Source of the DNA: an uncultured virus (IMG/VR IMGVR_UViG_3300035688_001178)
Taxonomy: Duplodnaviria; Heunggongvirae; Uroviricota; Caudoviricetes
IMG/VR virus record: IMGVR_UViG_3300035688_001178
Strand: one strand, 5' to 3'
Length of the DNA stretch: 20,000 bases
Positions 8,359 through 16,509 of this stretch are shown here, in pieces. The notes beneath the pieces are model-generated. The model saw nothing but the letters and a program-made list of their open reading frames with translations. It had not been told where the DNA came from and did no database searches. Position 1 is the stretch's first letter, and each line of letters starts with the position of its first letter. Position numbers and translations under genes: made by a program.

Positions 8359-8925
8359 TTGCCTCGACTGTTGCTGAAGGAGAAAGCACGAGAATTGGCA
8401 AAAAACTATTCTCCAGAAGCACTGCATGAAGATTACCAGGTTCAGCTTGAAGGAGAAGCAGTTAAGATTGACATTGTTGCATTTCAAGGAAAAAGGAAAA
8501 TCGCTTTCCACTCATCTGAGATCAGCGTAGAGAAAGCCATACAGTTATGCCAGATATTTGATGAAGTGTGGATGATTGACCCTTCAGGAGCATTTTGCCT
8601 AACAGCGTTGAAGGACACAATTCGATTTAATTACGATAAGCTTGTTGGCGAGTACATTGACCTTGCAAAAGAGTTCAGAGAACTTCAACAGATTGTGAAG
8701 AAGCAGGGGAAAAGTAAAGACTTGAGAAAGAGAGAAGTTCTGCAGATTCGCTGTAGAAAAGCTATCGAAGACGACTTCAAAAGATTCTGCTTGGAAAACA
8801 AATTTGAGTATGAAAGGGCGATAGAAATGTTGCTCATGGTTGCAGGAAGCAAAGACGTGTTTGAAAGAAAACTGCTTGAGATGAAACTATCAAAGAGACC
8901 AGATATCGCGGTTATTCTGAAGTGA
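8359..8925 (+). CDS. Putative regulator: degenerate PD-(D/E)xK-like domain, coiled coil, ribbon-helix-helix
   Basis: KIDIVAFQGKRKIAF..FDEVW resembles the restriction-fold core; EVLQIRCRKAIEDDFKRFC..YERAIEMLL resembles RHH. Confidence 0.5.
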   Translation: MPRLLLKEKARELAKNYSPEALHEDYQVQLEGEAVKIDIVAFQGKRKIAFHSSEISVEKAIQLCQIFDEVWMIDPSGAFCLTALKDTIRFNYDKLVGEYIDLAKEFRELQQIVKKQGKSKDLRKREVLQIRCRKAIEDDFKRFCLENKFEYERAIEMLLMVAGSKDVFERKLLEMKLSKRPDIAVILK

Positions 8926-8926
8926 C

Positions 8927-9133
8927 CTAAGCCAGCAGATTGTCTCGGAGACCTTTTCGCCGTTGAAACAGTGACTTTTGGCCCTGCACAAACCTTTCAA
9001 TGATGTCGGGACGATGTTTTTCTAATGGCGTAAAAGATTCGGCTACAGCATTTGAGATTTCCACTATAGTATCACAGGCTAGAGCCAGCCTGTCTCCGAC
9101 AAAGTTGTTGGCCTTACGCAACAGATCAGGCAA
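8927..9133 (-). CDS. Hypothetical small protein
   Basis: TTG start with GAGGGG RBS; packed in operon. Confidence 0.6.
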   Translation of the reverse strand: MPDLLRKANNFVGDRLALACDTIVEISNAVAESFTPLEKHRPDIIERFVQGQKSLFQRRKGLRDNLLA

Positions 9134-9145
9134 TGGTTAACCCCT

Positions 9146-9598
9146 CTACATGACGACAGCTAGTCCGTGTACAGTGCGGCTCGGTCCACTTCCAAGGCCC
9201 ATTGCAGAAGGCAGATTAGCTATTTGTCTCGCCCGGTCCCAGCTAGCAGGTCGTTCATATGCCGAAGGAATGTTACGGTTTACAGGTGAGATGGCTGGAT
9301 ACGCGATTGAGCCTAAAAGTCTTTTTCCCTTCATTAAGTCGGTCAGCTTTGGCCTATTGGCCAACTGTGGAAACATGTCGATCGTAAGGCGTGCAGGCAG
9401 CTGTGAAGGTCCCGTTAAATGTGATTGCCCGAAGAACCTTTGTGCCAGATGAACAGGAGTTTCTCCGCCAATCATGGCCATTGCTTGCTGTCCGATCTTG
9501 GTAGTACGTACTAGTTCCAGAGGTCGAGTCTTAAGGCCTAAAACCTTTGGAAAGTTTGTTCCCTCTTCAATTATTGCTCGTAAAGACATGCCTATCAC
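9146..9598 (-). CDS. Hypothetical basic, Pro-rich protein
   Basis: ORF in minus-strand operon; start is GTG 9598 or ATG 9589. Confidence 0.65.
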   Translation of the reverse strand: MIGMSLRAIIEEGTNFPKVLGLKTRPLELVRTTKIGQQAMAMIGGETPVHLAQRFFGQSHLTGPSQLPARLTIDMFPQLANRPKLTDLMKGKRLLGSIAYPAISPVNRNIPSAYERPASWDRARQIANLPSAMGLGSGPSRTVHGLAVVM

Positions 9599-9623
9599 AC
9601 TATGTATTAGACGATGTGCTTAT

Positions 9624-10079
9624 TTAAAAGTTTCCAGCCTGTACAAAAGGAGAGAGAACGTAGTGTTCCACGCGGCCCTTGAACTTGTCGCTGTGCACCT
9701 CTGGGTAGTCCTTGCTGTGTTCTACCTGGGTGTAGCTTACCTGCCTAGTAAATTGCTGTTTCAAAAGGGGAAAAATAGAGATCGTGTGGTTTTTCCTCAT
9801 GATTGCTCTGGTCAGGATTTCAGCGCCAAGTTCGCCAACACCTAGAGTATGTATTGCTTCGTGTATCGGAGTTGTATCGTCAGCGTGTCGACCGAGGAAG
9901 ATGGCGTCATGTTTGGTTTTAGGCTGCAGTCCCCTGTAAAGGGTTCCACTTGCATCAGATACGGCTTCATCCGTTATAAAAACGTGTTTCGGGACTCTAA
10001 GAAAGTGGCATAATCCAAGCAGCTCAGAAACCTCGTTGATGTCCAAAGAGAAGGCCTTATTGAGCGATGGATAGTCCAA
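9624..10079 (-). CDS. Putative minimal zincin metallopeptidase
   Basis: IHEAIHTLGVGELGAE (HExxH plus downstream E), preceded by a G-x-strand (LYRGL..DAIFL). Confidence 0.6.
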   Translation of the reverse strand: MDYPSLNKAFSLDINEVSELLGLCHFLRVPKHVFITDEAVSDASGTLYRGLQPKTKHDAIFLGRHADDTTPIHEAIHTLGVGELGAEILTRAIMRKNHTISIFPLLKQQFTRQVSYTQVEHSKDYPEVHSDKFKGRVEHYVLSPFVQAGNF

Positions 10080-10413
10080 ATCTTCTTGTCGGGTCTACTT
10101 CTTCGGAAACAGCTGCTCCCGAAGGACTCACCCGTGTCGGTCCTCTGTCAACTATGGCTGGACTGAGAGGCGTGCCTGTTCTCCTCAATATGGCACCTGG
10201 AGAGGTTGCCTGTGGTCGACGCAGTATTTTTCTACCGGATAGAATTCCGCCTAAGCGCCCTTGCGTTGGACTAATGATTGGTGATGGCGGCAAAATCCCT
10301 GGAGGCGTGAATGGAAGGTTTGTTTTCAACTCTGCTATGCGAGCCCTTATCTGCACTACTTTGTCTTGGATTTGTTTCTGAATATCGCCGAGTGCAGGTG
10401 GAGTTGTAGACAA
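10057..10413 (-). CDS. Hypothetical protein: coiled coil plus Pro/Arg-rich disordered tail
   Basis: IQKQIQDKVVQIRARIAELK heptads; TTG start with AGGAGA RBS. Confidence 0.65.
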   Translation of the reverse strand: MSTTPPALGDIQKQIQDKVVQIRARIAELKTNLPFTPPGILPPSPIISPTQGRLGGILSGRKILRRPQATSPGAILRRTGTPLSPAIVDRGPTRVSPSGAAVSEEVDPTRRFGLSIAQ

Positions 10414-10425
10414 CTGAGAAGTCTC

Positions 10426-10650
10426 CTATCTTACTTGACTGACCCATCTGCGCGTGATAGTGGCTTGCTCATTGATGAAACTGAGAACGCCTCTTCCCAG
10501 ATAAGAGCCACCTTGCATGAGGGCTTGTACTGGCTTCAGTTCAGTAAGATTGTCCATGAAGACTTTGGCACCTGCAACAGCGTTATCAGGGATCACTTTG
10601 ACGGCATCAACACGTGCTGCCAAATTGCTTTTTACATTTTCGCCTGGCAA
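10426..10650 (-). CDS. Hypothetical small amphipathic helical protein
   Basis: TTG start with AAGGTGA RBS and an upstream BRE/TATA. Confidence 0.7.
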   Translation of the reverse strand: MPGENVKSNLAARVDAVKVIPDNAVAGAKVFMDNLTELKPVQALMQGGSYLGRGVLSFINEQATITRRWVSQVR

Positions 10651-10684
10651 ACGTTTTCACCTTAAAGTAACTATGTTAGCTGAG

Positions 10685-10700
10685 AATATAAATCTTTTAC
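10685..10700 (-). promoter_or_regulatory. Archaeal BRE-TATA promoter
   Basis: Minus strand GTAAAAGATTTATATT, about 37 nt upstream of the start at 10650. Confidence 0.6.
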
Positions 10701-10705
10701 TCTGT

Positions 10706-10924
10706 TTAGACGGGAACGGTTGTCGTGACGCAGACTAACGCCCAGTAGACCTTGCGAATGGGCCCTAAACAGGTTATTGCTCTCGAGCAGCTCCATGTTT
10801 TGACGATTCCCCATCGAAGCCATGGGCCCAGTTCAGGCGTATATCCTGCAACTTCTAGAACTTGTTCACGTGTGGCGCCAGCCAGTTCCATTACTTTGGC
10901 GATTTGGCCTTCGGTTAGCTTCAA
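10706..10924 (-). CDS. Small protein with leader-like N-terminus and Trp/Cys-rich cationic C-terminus
   Basis: TTG start with GAGG RBS; 72 aa. Confidence 0.6.
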   Translation of the reverse strand: MKLTEGQIAKVMELAGATREQVLEVAGYTPELGPWLRWGIVKTWSCSRAITCLGPIRKVYWALVCVTTTVPV

Positions 10925-10967
10925 TTCGAATCCTCAGTAGCAATTGAGCAGTTTTTGCTATTTAAGT

Positions 10968-11153
10968 CTATTTTCTTTTTGAACGCAGAGTCTTAAGAAT
11001 AGGCTCTCGGAGCACCATGGTTTGTCTTTGAGTAATTTTCTCAAATATTGGTCTTGGCGCTGCTTGTGTCAGGTTTGTCACTACGCCCTTGATTTCCCCT
11101 CGTATGCCTTCCATTCTTTCACGCATTTTTTCAGAAGATTCTTTCAGAGGCAC
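10968..11153 (-). CDS. Hypothetical small basic protein
   Basis: GTG start with GGTGA RBS; basic C-terminus LRSKRK. Confidence 0.65.
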   Translation of the reverse strand: MPLKESSEKMRERMEGIRGEIKGVVTNLTQAAPRPIFEKITQRQTMVLREPILKTLRSKRK

Positions 11154-11217
11154 ATTCTCACCATAACTTTAATAAAACGAACAAGTAATTAAGCTTGTAC
11201 TTTCAAGAGGGGATATT

Positions 11218-11631
11218 GTGTCTACGAAAGAAAACTTGTCTGACCAGTTGAATGGCATTCTAGGTGTAAATGTTGAATGGTCGAAAATGTCCAGAGAGGA
11301 CCTTGAAACACTGATGAAATTGTTTGGCGATCCCGTTGGTATTGTGCAGCTTGGCGTAAAAATGATGAAAGAGAAGACTCGAGAGGACATCATGGGAAGA
11401 AAACTCGGCGATATTTTATCGTCCTCGACAATTTTGAATCTCAGAGATAGGTCTCGAGGAGGCCCACTAGGTCTGGGGATCTTGCCTGGAATCTTTGGAA
11501 ACGAAAAGCCCTCCAAAGAAACCGAAACAAAACCGCCTAAGAAGGAAGAAACTCAGAAAACTGAGCCTGAAAAATCAAAACCCGAGCCTACTACTGAGGA
11601 ACATAAGGACGAAAATAAGGCCAAGACCTAG
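11218..11631 (+). CDS. Hypothetical protein with K/E/P/T-rich tail
   Basis: GTG start with GAGGGG RBS, divergent from 11153; its 3' end overlaps the UbiA gene by 57 nt. Confidence 0.65.
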   Translation: MSTKENLSDQLNGILGVNVEWSKMSREDLETLMKLFGDPVGIVQLGVKMMKEKTREDIMGRKLGDILSSSTILNLRDRSRGGPLGLGILPGIFGNEKPSKETETKPPKKEETQKTEPEKSKPEPTTEEHKDENKAKT

Positions 11632-12666
11632 ATAGAACGCGGTCCATCCATAATTGTTTTCGGTGAACCGCGACTTGTTTTTTACGGATGCAATAGCGAA
11701 GCCTGCAACTACTGCAAGCAGAAGCATTAGAGGCTTGTTGAAGATGGCCGCTATCGCTATGTATGCTCCTGAGCATGCGATCATTAAAACTCTTAGACCC
11801 ACGTATCCGTAGCTTGAAAATATCGTTTTTACTCCGAATTTTCTGTCTCCCTCAATGTCTTCAACGTCTTTTGTAGATTGAAAACCTAGGACCCATACGA
11901 AAGCGAGAAGGGCATAGGGTAGAGCTCCTTGCCAGGTTCCATAGATACTCCAGACTGCGAAGACCGGAATTAAACCCCGAGAAATGGACATCCATAGAAC
12001 ATTTAGAACAGGGTGGACTTTTCTTGGTGAGAATGGAGACAGGCTATAGAATACGGCGAAAAATATCAATACGACTGTTACTAGACCGAAGAGTTCTGTT
12101 ACTGTAAATGCTCGTGCGATGCTGATTATCGCCATCAGCCAGGCCAGTCCCAGAGCCTCTTCCTTTGTAACTACACCAGAAGGTAAAGGGCGATAAGGCT
12201 TGACTATTCTGTCGAGGTCAACGTCTGCGTATTGGTTTATTACTTGGCCGGTAGCTTGCGCGAGAGTCAATGTAACTCCGACATAAATGCAAGTCTTTAA
12301 AACATCGAAATTGAAGGCAGACGTCGACGCTAGAACGCCGAGAAGACCAGCCAATAAGGGCGAAATCAGGGTGAAGGGCCTGACTAATTGCAAATACGTA
12401 GCGATCTTGCCGAAGTGTTTTCGGATGTTCGGATAACCCTTTTCTATACCGCCGTACTTTTGCTCCACGTCTATTTCTCCTTTGGTTTCCCCCTTGTCCG
12501 TAACGGTTAAAAGGATTTTTCCCTCGTTTTTGCCGTAGACTTCCATTACTCCCCATGCGCCTTCGCTGAGGCCTAGTTCTTCGCGGACAATTTTGCTGAC
12601 CACAATCCGACCTTTTGAATCCATTTGCCATTTAGGACGTAGCGGGTGTGACATTCTCCTTTCCAC
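11575..12666 (-). CDS. UbiA-family prenyltransferase (DGGGP-synthase-like) with N-terminal AbrB/SpoVT-like domain
   Basis: YLQLVRP, NQYADVDLDRIVKPYRPLPSG, KDVEDIEGDRKFGVKT, multiple TM segments; N-terminal MDSKGRIVVSKIVREELGLSEG is an AbrB signature. Confidence 0.88.
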   Translation of the reverse strand: MERRMSHPLRPKWQMDSKGRIVVSKIVREELGLSEGAWGVMEVYGKNEGKILLTVTDKGETKGEIDVEQKYGGIEKGYPNIRKHFGKIATYLQLVRPFTLISPLLAGLLGVLASTSAFNFDVLKTCIYVGVTLTLAQATGQVINQYADVDLDRIVKPYRPLPSGVVTKEEALGLAWLMAIISIARAFTVTELFGLVTVVLIFFAVFYSLSPFSPRKVHPVLNVLWMSISRGLIPVFAVWSIYGTWQGALPYALLAFVWVLGFQSTKDVEDIEGDRKFGVKTIFSSYGYVGLRVLMIACSGAYIAIAAIFNKPLMLLLAVVAGFAIASVKNKSRFTENNYGWTAFYLGLGLIFVLMFLSSRLGF

Positions 12667-12695
12667 GCTCAGTGGGAATAGGTGGGAATTGATAT

Positions 12696-13967
12696 TTATG
12701 TTTTGAGGTATTGTTCAAACATTGACCAGTCTATTAAACCCCATCCCTTGTCGTTGTCTTTGGTTGTTCCGTAAGCTGCGAATATTTGCTTGGCAAGTGA
12801 GGTGGTCAGCTGTATTCCTCTTTCGGTGAACATTTGTTTAGCGCATGCTAGTAAGCCTGTGACATGCGGCGATGCCATACTTGTACCGGAAAGGTAGCCG
12901 AAACGCTGTTCTTTCTTGTCTGATTGAATGTCGAGAATGCCTGTGAGGGAAGAGTGGACTTGGACGCCTGGCGCCACGATATCGGGTTTAATTTCGTCGT
13001 AAGCAGGACCTCTTGAAGAAAATTCTGCTACTGACCCGTTAAATTCGTCCCATGCTCCGACTGTGATTGTATCGGGCAAGGATCCGGGACTGGTGATGGT
13101 TTGGGGTTTGGGTCCTGCGTTTCCTGCAGAAACTATAACCATCATGCCATTAGACGTCAACTTGGTAATTGCTGCGCTCAGCGGGTCTTCGGTGGCTGCT
13201 TCGGCGGTGTTGTCTGAGCCCATAGAAAGATTAACTATGTCGCATTTGGTTTGAAGAGAAATTTCTAGTGCTTTAAGTACGTCGCTGTCGCGTCCTATTC
13301 CAATGATGAAGCCCAAGGCTTTTATTGAGATAAGGTTGGATTCAGGAGCCATGCCTTCACAGTCGACTCCTAGAAGGATGTCCCTAGCCTTTTTTCCTCC
13401 TGCGATTGAGGCGACGTGTTGGCCGTGTCCGTTTGCGTCGGTGAATAGTCCGGGTAGTGCTGTGAACATCTGCATGCGCGTTGTTTGCGCATGGAATTTT
13501 GTTCCTCCCGTGTCGATTATTCCAATTGATACGTTTTTGCCGGTGAAGCCCTGGCTGTTGGCACGGTCAGCTCCGACCATCTTGCGAGTCCACACTGTTG
13601 AAGTGAATACTTTTTGAGTCATCGTGTCATAGTACTTTGCTTCGTTGGGAAGGGTTTGTGTTGCGTGAAAAAGTCGGTCCAGGTAGATTTTGTTGACTAA
13701 TGGGTTTTGTGCAAGCTCTTCGATGATTAACTGTGAAGCTACAAAACTGAGCATGTGGAACGTTGGAATCTCTTTTATCGAAGGCACTTCATCTATAATG
13801 GAAGCAGGTAATCTTGGAAAGAAGTTTCTTACGTTTGAGCCGAGAGTCGCAGGCAACAGTGGAAAGACCTGGTCCTTAAGCCTTGCAGCGTTGTTTGTCT
13901 CGACAACTATCGGCGTGATCGGCGCCTGAAACATTGCTTGTTCAACTAGACTAGTGAGACGTCCCAT
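12696..13967 (-). CDS. Subtilisin-like serine protease (S8) with N-terminal propeptide and no signal peptide
   Basis: Catalytic triad IIDTG, HGQHVAS, GTSMASPHV; oxyanion SAGN; FSSRGP and KPDIVAPG motifs. Confidence 0.95.
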   Translation of the reverse strand: MGRLTSLVEQAMFQAPITPIVVETNNAARLKDQVFPLLPATLGSNVRNFFPRLPASIIDEVPSIKEIPTFHMLSFVASQLIIEELAQNPLVNKIYLDRLFHATQTLPNEAKYYDTMTQKVFTSTVWTRKMVGADRANSQGFTGKNVSIGIIDTGGTKFHAQTTRMQMFTALPGLFTDANGHGQHVASIAGGKKARDILLGVDCEGMAPESNLISIKALGFIIGIGRDSDVLKALEISLQTKCDIVNLSMGSDNTAEAATEDPLSAAITKLTSNGMMVIVSAGNAGPKPQTITSPGSLPDTITVGAWDEFNGSVAEFSSRGPAYDEIKPDIVAPGVQVHSSLTGILDIQSDKKEQRFGYLSGTSMASPHVTGLLACAKQMFTERGIQLTTSLAKQIFAAYGTTKDNDKGWGLIDWSMFEQYLKT

Positions 13968-14014
13968 AGTAACTATTTAATACCTAGTCAGACTTATTAC
14001 TTTTGGAGATAACG

Positions 14015-15010
14015 ATGGCACTCCGAAAAATGTGGCAGTCCCGAAGTCAACTCATGGTGGTGACCGCAACGTCTAAAATAGTGGCGTCAATATCAGCCCA
14101 AATAACTCCCACGACTGGTATAGTGCCTTTCACAGTTACCATATGGGGAAGGCTAACCGAGCCCACCGGGGGAGTTTTGAATGGCAAAACGATTAACTTA
14201 TACAATGCAGACGGTTCTGGGAACCCGGTTGGTGCACCCATCGCTTCGACAATTACAGGTGTTCTAGGCGCTGGTTCTCCAGGCGGAGACTACACGTTTC
14301 CAGTGAATATAACTGTGGCCGGAACGTACCGTTTCGTGACAGAGTTCCCTGGCGATGCTACTTATGAAGGGTGCGAAAAAGTAGTTGGGCAAGCGGTTGG
14401 CATTGGAGTTGGGGGAAAGATTGGCATAAACAGTCTAAGAAGAAGCTGGATAGTGGTCGTTGGTTCCAACGCGCCAGCAGCCGAAGTGAACAACGGAACC
14501 TCGGTAATACAGCACATCAGAAGAAAATTGAATTTGACACCCTTCAAAGCATTCCCCGACACTTTCCCTGGTCTTCCATACCTTGCGAAGAACTGTAACG
14601 TGATGACTATAGGGGCACCAAACGCAAATGAATGGGCCTTTAATCTTAACGAGTTCACGGAACCCAAATACGACATTACAGTCAACAGAGAGAAAGCAGC
14701 TGACGAAGCTTGGAAAGACTATGTGACCAGTGGAGGAATAGCTGTGAAAGGCTTTATCGTCGGAACCGTACCTGTTGCGGGTCAGGACCATCGAGGGCTA
14801 CTAGCGACAGGACAGCAAGTCAACAGTAGATTAAGACCATTACAGGTCATGCACATAGGGGGATGGGCGTTCGAAGACACCTGCACCATGGTAAAGGCAT
14901 TCTTGGCCGACGTCGACCCTGGCTTTTATCAATGTGACTGGCCAGACCCAGCTGACCCAACGATGGCGGCATGTCCAGCAAGTCCAACGTACACAAAGCT
15001 TACCGTCTAA
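14015..15010 (+). CDS. Putative surface/structural protein: Ig-like N-domain plus S-layer-like alpha/beta C-domain
   Basis: PTTGIVPFTVTIWG...GDYTF..GTYRFVTEFPGDATY is Ig/PKD-like; IVVVGSNAPAAEV and NVMTIGAPNAN resemble archaeal S-layer motifs. GGAGA RBS before ATG 14015. Confidence 0.55.
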   Translation: MALRKMWQSRSQLMVVTATSKIVASISAQITPTTGIVPFTVTIWGRLTEPTGGVLNGKTINLYNADGSGNPVGAPIASTITGVLGAGSPGGDYTFPVNITVAGTYRFVTEFPGDATYEGCEKVVGQAVGIGVGGKIGINSLRRSWIVVVGSNAPAAEVNNGTSVIQHIRRKLNLTPFKAFPDTFPGLPYLAKNCNVMTIGAPNANEWAFNLNEFTEPKYDITVNREKAADEAWKDYVTSGGIAVKGFIVGTVPVAGQDHRGLLATGQQVNSRLRPLQVMHIGGWAFEDTCTMVKAFLADVDPGFYQCDWPDPADPTMAACPASPTYTKLTV

Positions 15011-16107
15011 AGCAGCAACTTCCTCAAGACTTTGTGTTTCACTAGAAACCTAGGGTTTTTTATTGCTATTTCAGTGAGTCCTCTGATGATAGCTCGCCCT
15101 ACGCTCGTAAGGTTCGGATGGAAATTCTCCAATGTTTTGACGAGAACATTGAAATCTTCGTCAGACAGCTCGCATAGTACCTGTTTCAATTTATAGCGAA
15201 ACAGATTCGTACCTATGATGCCTGAACAGTACTCAGGATACTTTCGAATGTTTCCTTCACAAATGGCTCTCGCTGCGCTCTTTGCACTTAATAGTCCTTG
15301 TACGATTCCTCCTCCTGTTGCCGGGTCGCAAAGAAGCGCGGCGTCTCCCACGAGCAGAACATTGTCGTAAACGAGTTGAGGTTCTGGTCTTGCGGTAGGT
15401 ATCAGTTTGGCCTTTATGCTGGTTACGGATTCAGCTTCTAGAGTGGAAAGAAACTTTGTTAAGAGACTTTTGGCGTTCAGGTGCAGACTTAGAGGAATTC
15501 CCAGGCCCACGCGGAAATGTCCAGGTGTTTCGTGTGGAAATATCCAGCTGTAACCGTGAGGTGCGATGTTGCCAAAGTAGAGGGAGATACAGTCTTTGGG
15601 ATGGGTGAGTCGGGCTATTGTCTGGACGCCCACATGAATGTCTTCGAGAGAGGGGGGTTTTAACTGTAGAAGTTGTCGAGACGCGCCCATTAGACCGTCT
15701 GCTCCGACTATGACGTCTGCTGTCTTGTCAAACTTTGTGATTTTGTGATTAATTCGGATTTTTCCGCCTAGTCTTTGTATCTCTTTTGCGAGATGCGTTT
15801 GGAAGAGATTCCGTTGAAGAACAAGACCGTAAGGAGGACCTCTGGTTTTTGTTTCCCAATATTTTCCGTTCGGCGAGATGATTCTAAGAGAAGTTACCTT
15901 GGAAGCGACCGTGTAGTCTGGGATTTTCATTTTGGCCTGTTTTAGCAAGAGGGAGGAGACGCCGCCTGCGCACGTGTAGTCGGAACAGGTCGTCTTCTTC
16001 TCGTAGACGGTTACGTCTAGGGAACTGTCTTTTTTCAGAATCTCGAGAGCTGTGCCGAGGCCGGACACGCTTCCTCCTATTATTGAAACTGTTCTGGCAG
16101 TCATCAT
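15007..16107 (-). CDS. Geranylgeranyl reductase family flavoprotein
   Basis: IIGGSVSG (FAD-binding), VYEK, CAGGVS, VGADG, APHGYSWIFP (YxWxFP), VGDAA..DPATGGGI (PxxGGG). Start set at ATG 16107. Confidence 0.9.
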   Translation of the reverse strand: MMTARTVSIIGGSVSGLGTALEILKKDSSLDVTVYEKKTTCSDYTCAGGVSSLLLKQAKMKIPDYTVASKVTSLRIISPNGKYWETKTRGPPYGLVLQRNLFQTHLAKEIQRLGGKIRINHKITKFDKTADVIVGADGLMGASRQLLQLKPPSLEDIHVGVQTIARLTHPKDCISLYFGNIAPHGYSWIFPHETPGHFRVGLGIPLSLHLNAKSLLTKFLSTLEAESVTSIKAKLIPTARPEPQLVYDNVLLVGDAALLCDPATGGGIVQGLLSAKSAARAICEGNIRKYPEYCSGIIGTNLFRYKLKQVLCELSDEDFNVLVKTLENFHPNLTSVGRAIIRGLTEIAIKNPRFLVKHKVLRKLLL

Positions 16108-16509
16108 CTCAGACTCGAAATGATTTATCTTCACATTCCGTCTATTTGTGCTTTTAGCTGCAGACACTTCTCGAGATATTGCCAGTTGAAGGGATTATCT
16201 CGAGATGATAAAATATTTATATCTCGAGACTGCACATAAGGGCTACGGTGGTTTAAAATGACTGGAGAGGACGAAGAAGAGGAACTCGAGACGAAGACGC
16301 CAGTTAAGCCAGATGAACCAGATAAGCTTAAAGCGTTTTTCGAGAAGTCTCGAGATGAGGGAAAAGAGGATGAGGAGATACTCAGAGAGGTATTCGAGTC
16401 AAATCCTGATGCTGACATTAAGAAGCTTGTGGAAATAACTGGGCTTCCTGGCCTGACAATTGGCAGAATCAAAGGGCAGGTTGCCATACGACGTAAGCGA
16501 GACTCGAGA
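16041..16509. repeat. Cluster of TCTCGAGA palindromes (operator- or centromere-like)
   Basis: Perfect TCTCGAGA at 16041, 16169, 16198, 16222 and 16348; CTCGAGA at 16285 and 16503; TTTCGAGA at 16338. Confidence 0.8.

Noticed and set aside
8927..11153. Gas vesicle or ESCRT-III gene cluster
   Set aside because: No GvpA signature, Snf7-like sequence or Vps4/GvpN AAA ATPase is recognisable.
12218..12631. 137-aa Arg-rich alternative-frame ORF overlapping AbrB-UbiA
   Set aside because: It lies fully within a motif-supported gene on the same strand, and its composition is typical of an off-frame reading.
16041..16509. CRISPR array or iteron origin
   Set aside because: The repeats are only 8-bp palindromes with irregular spacing, partly inside coding sequence, and no cas or rep gene is visible.
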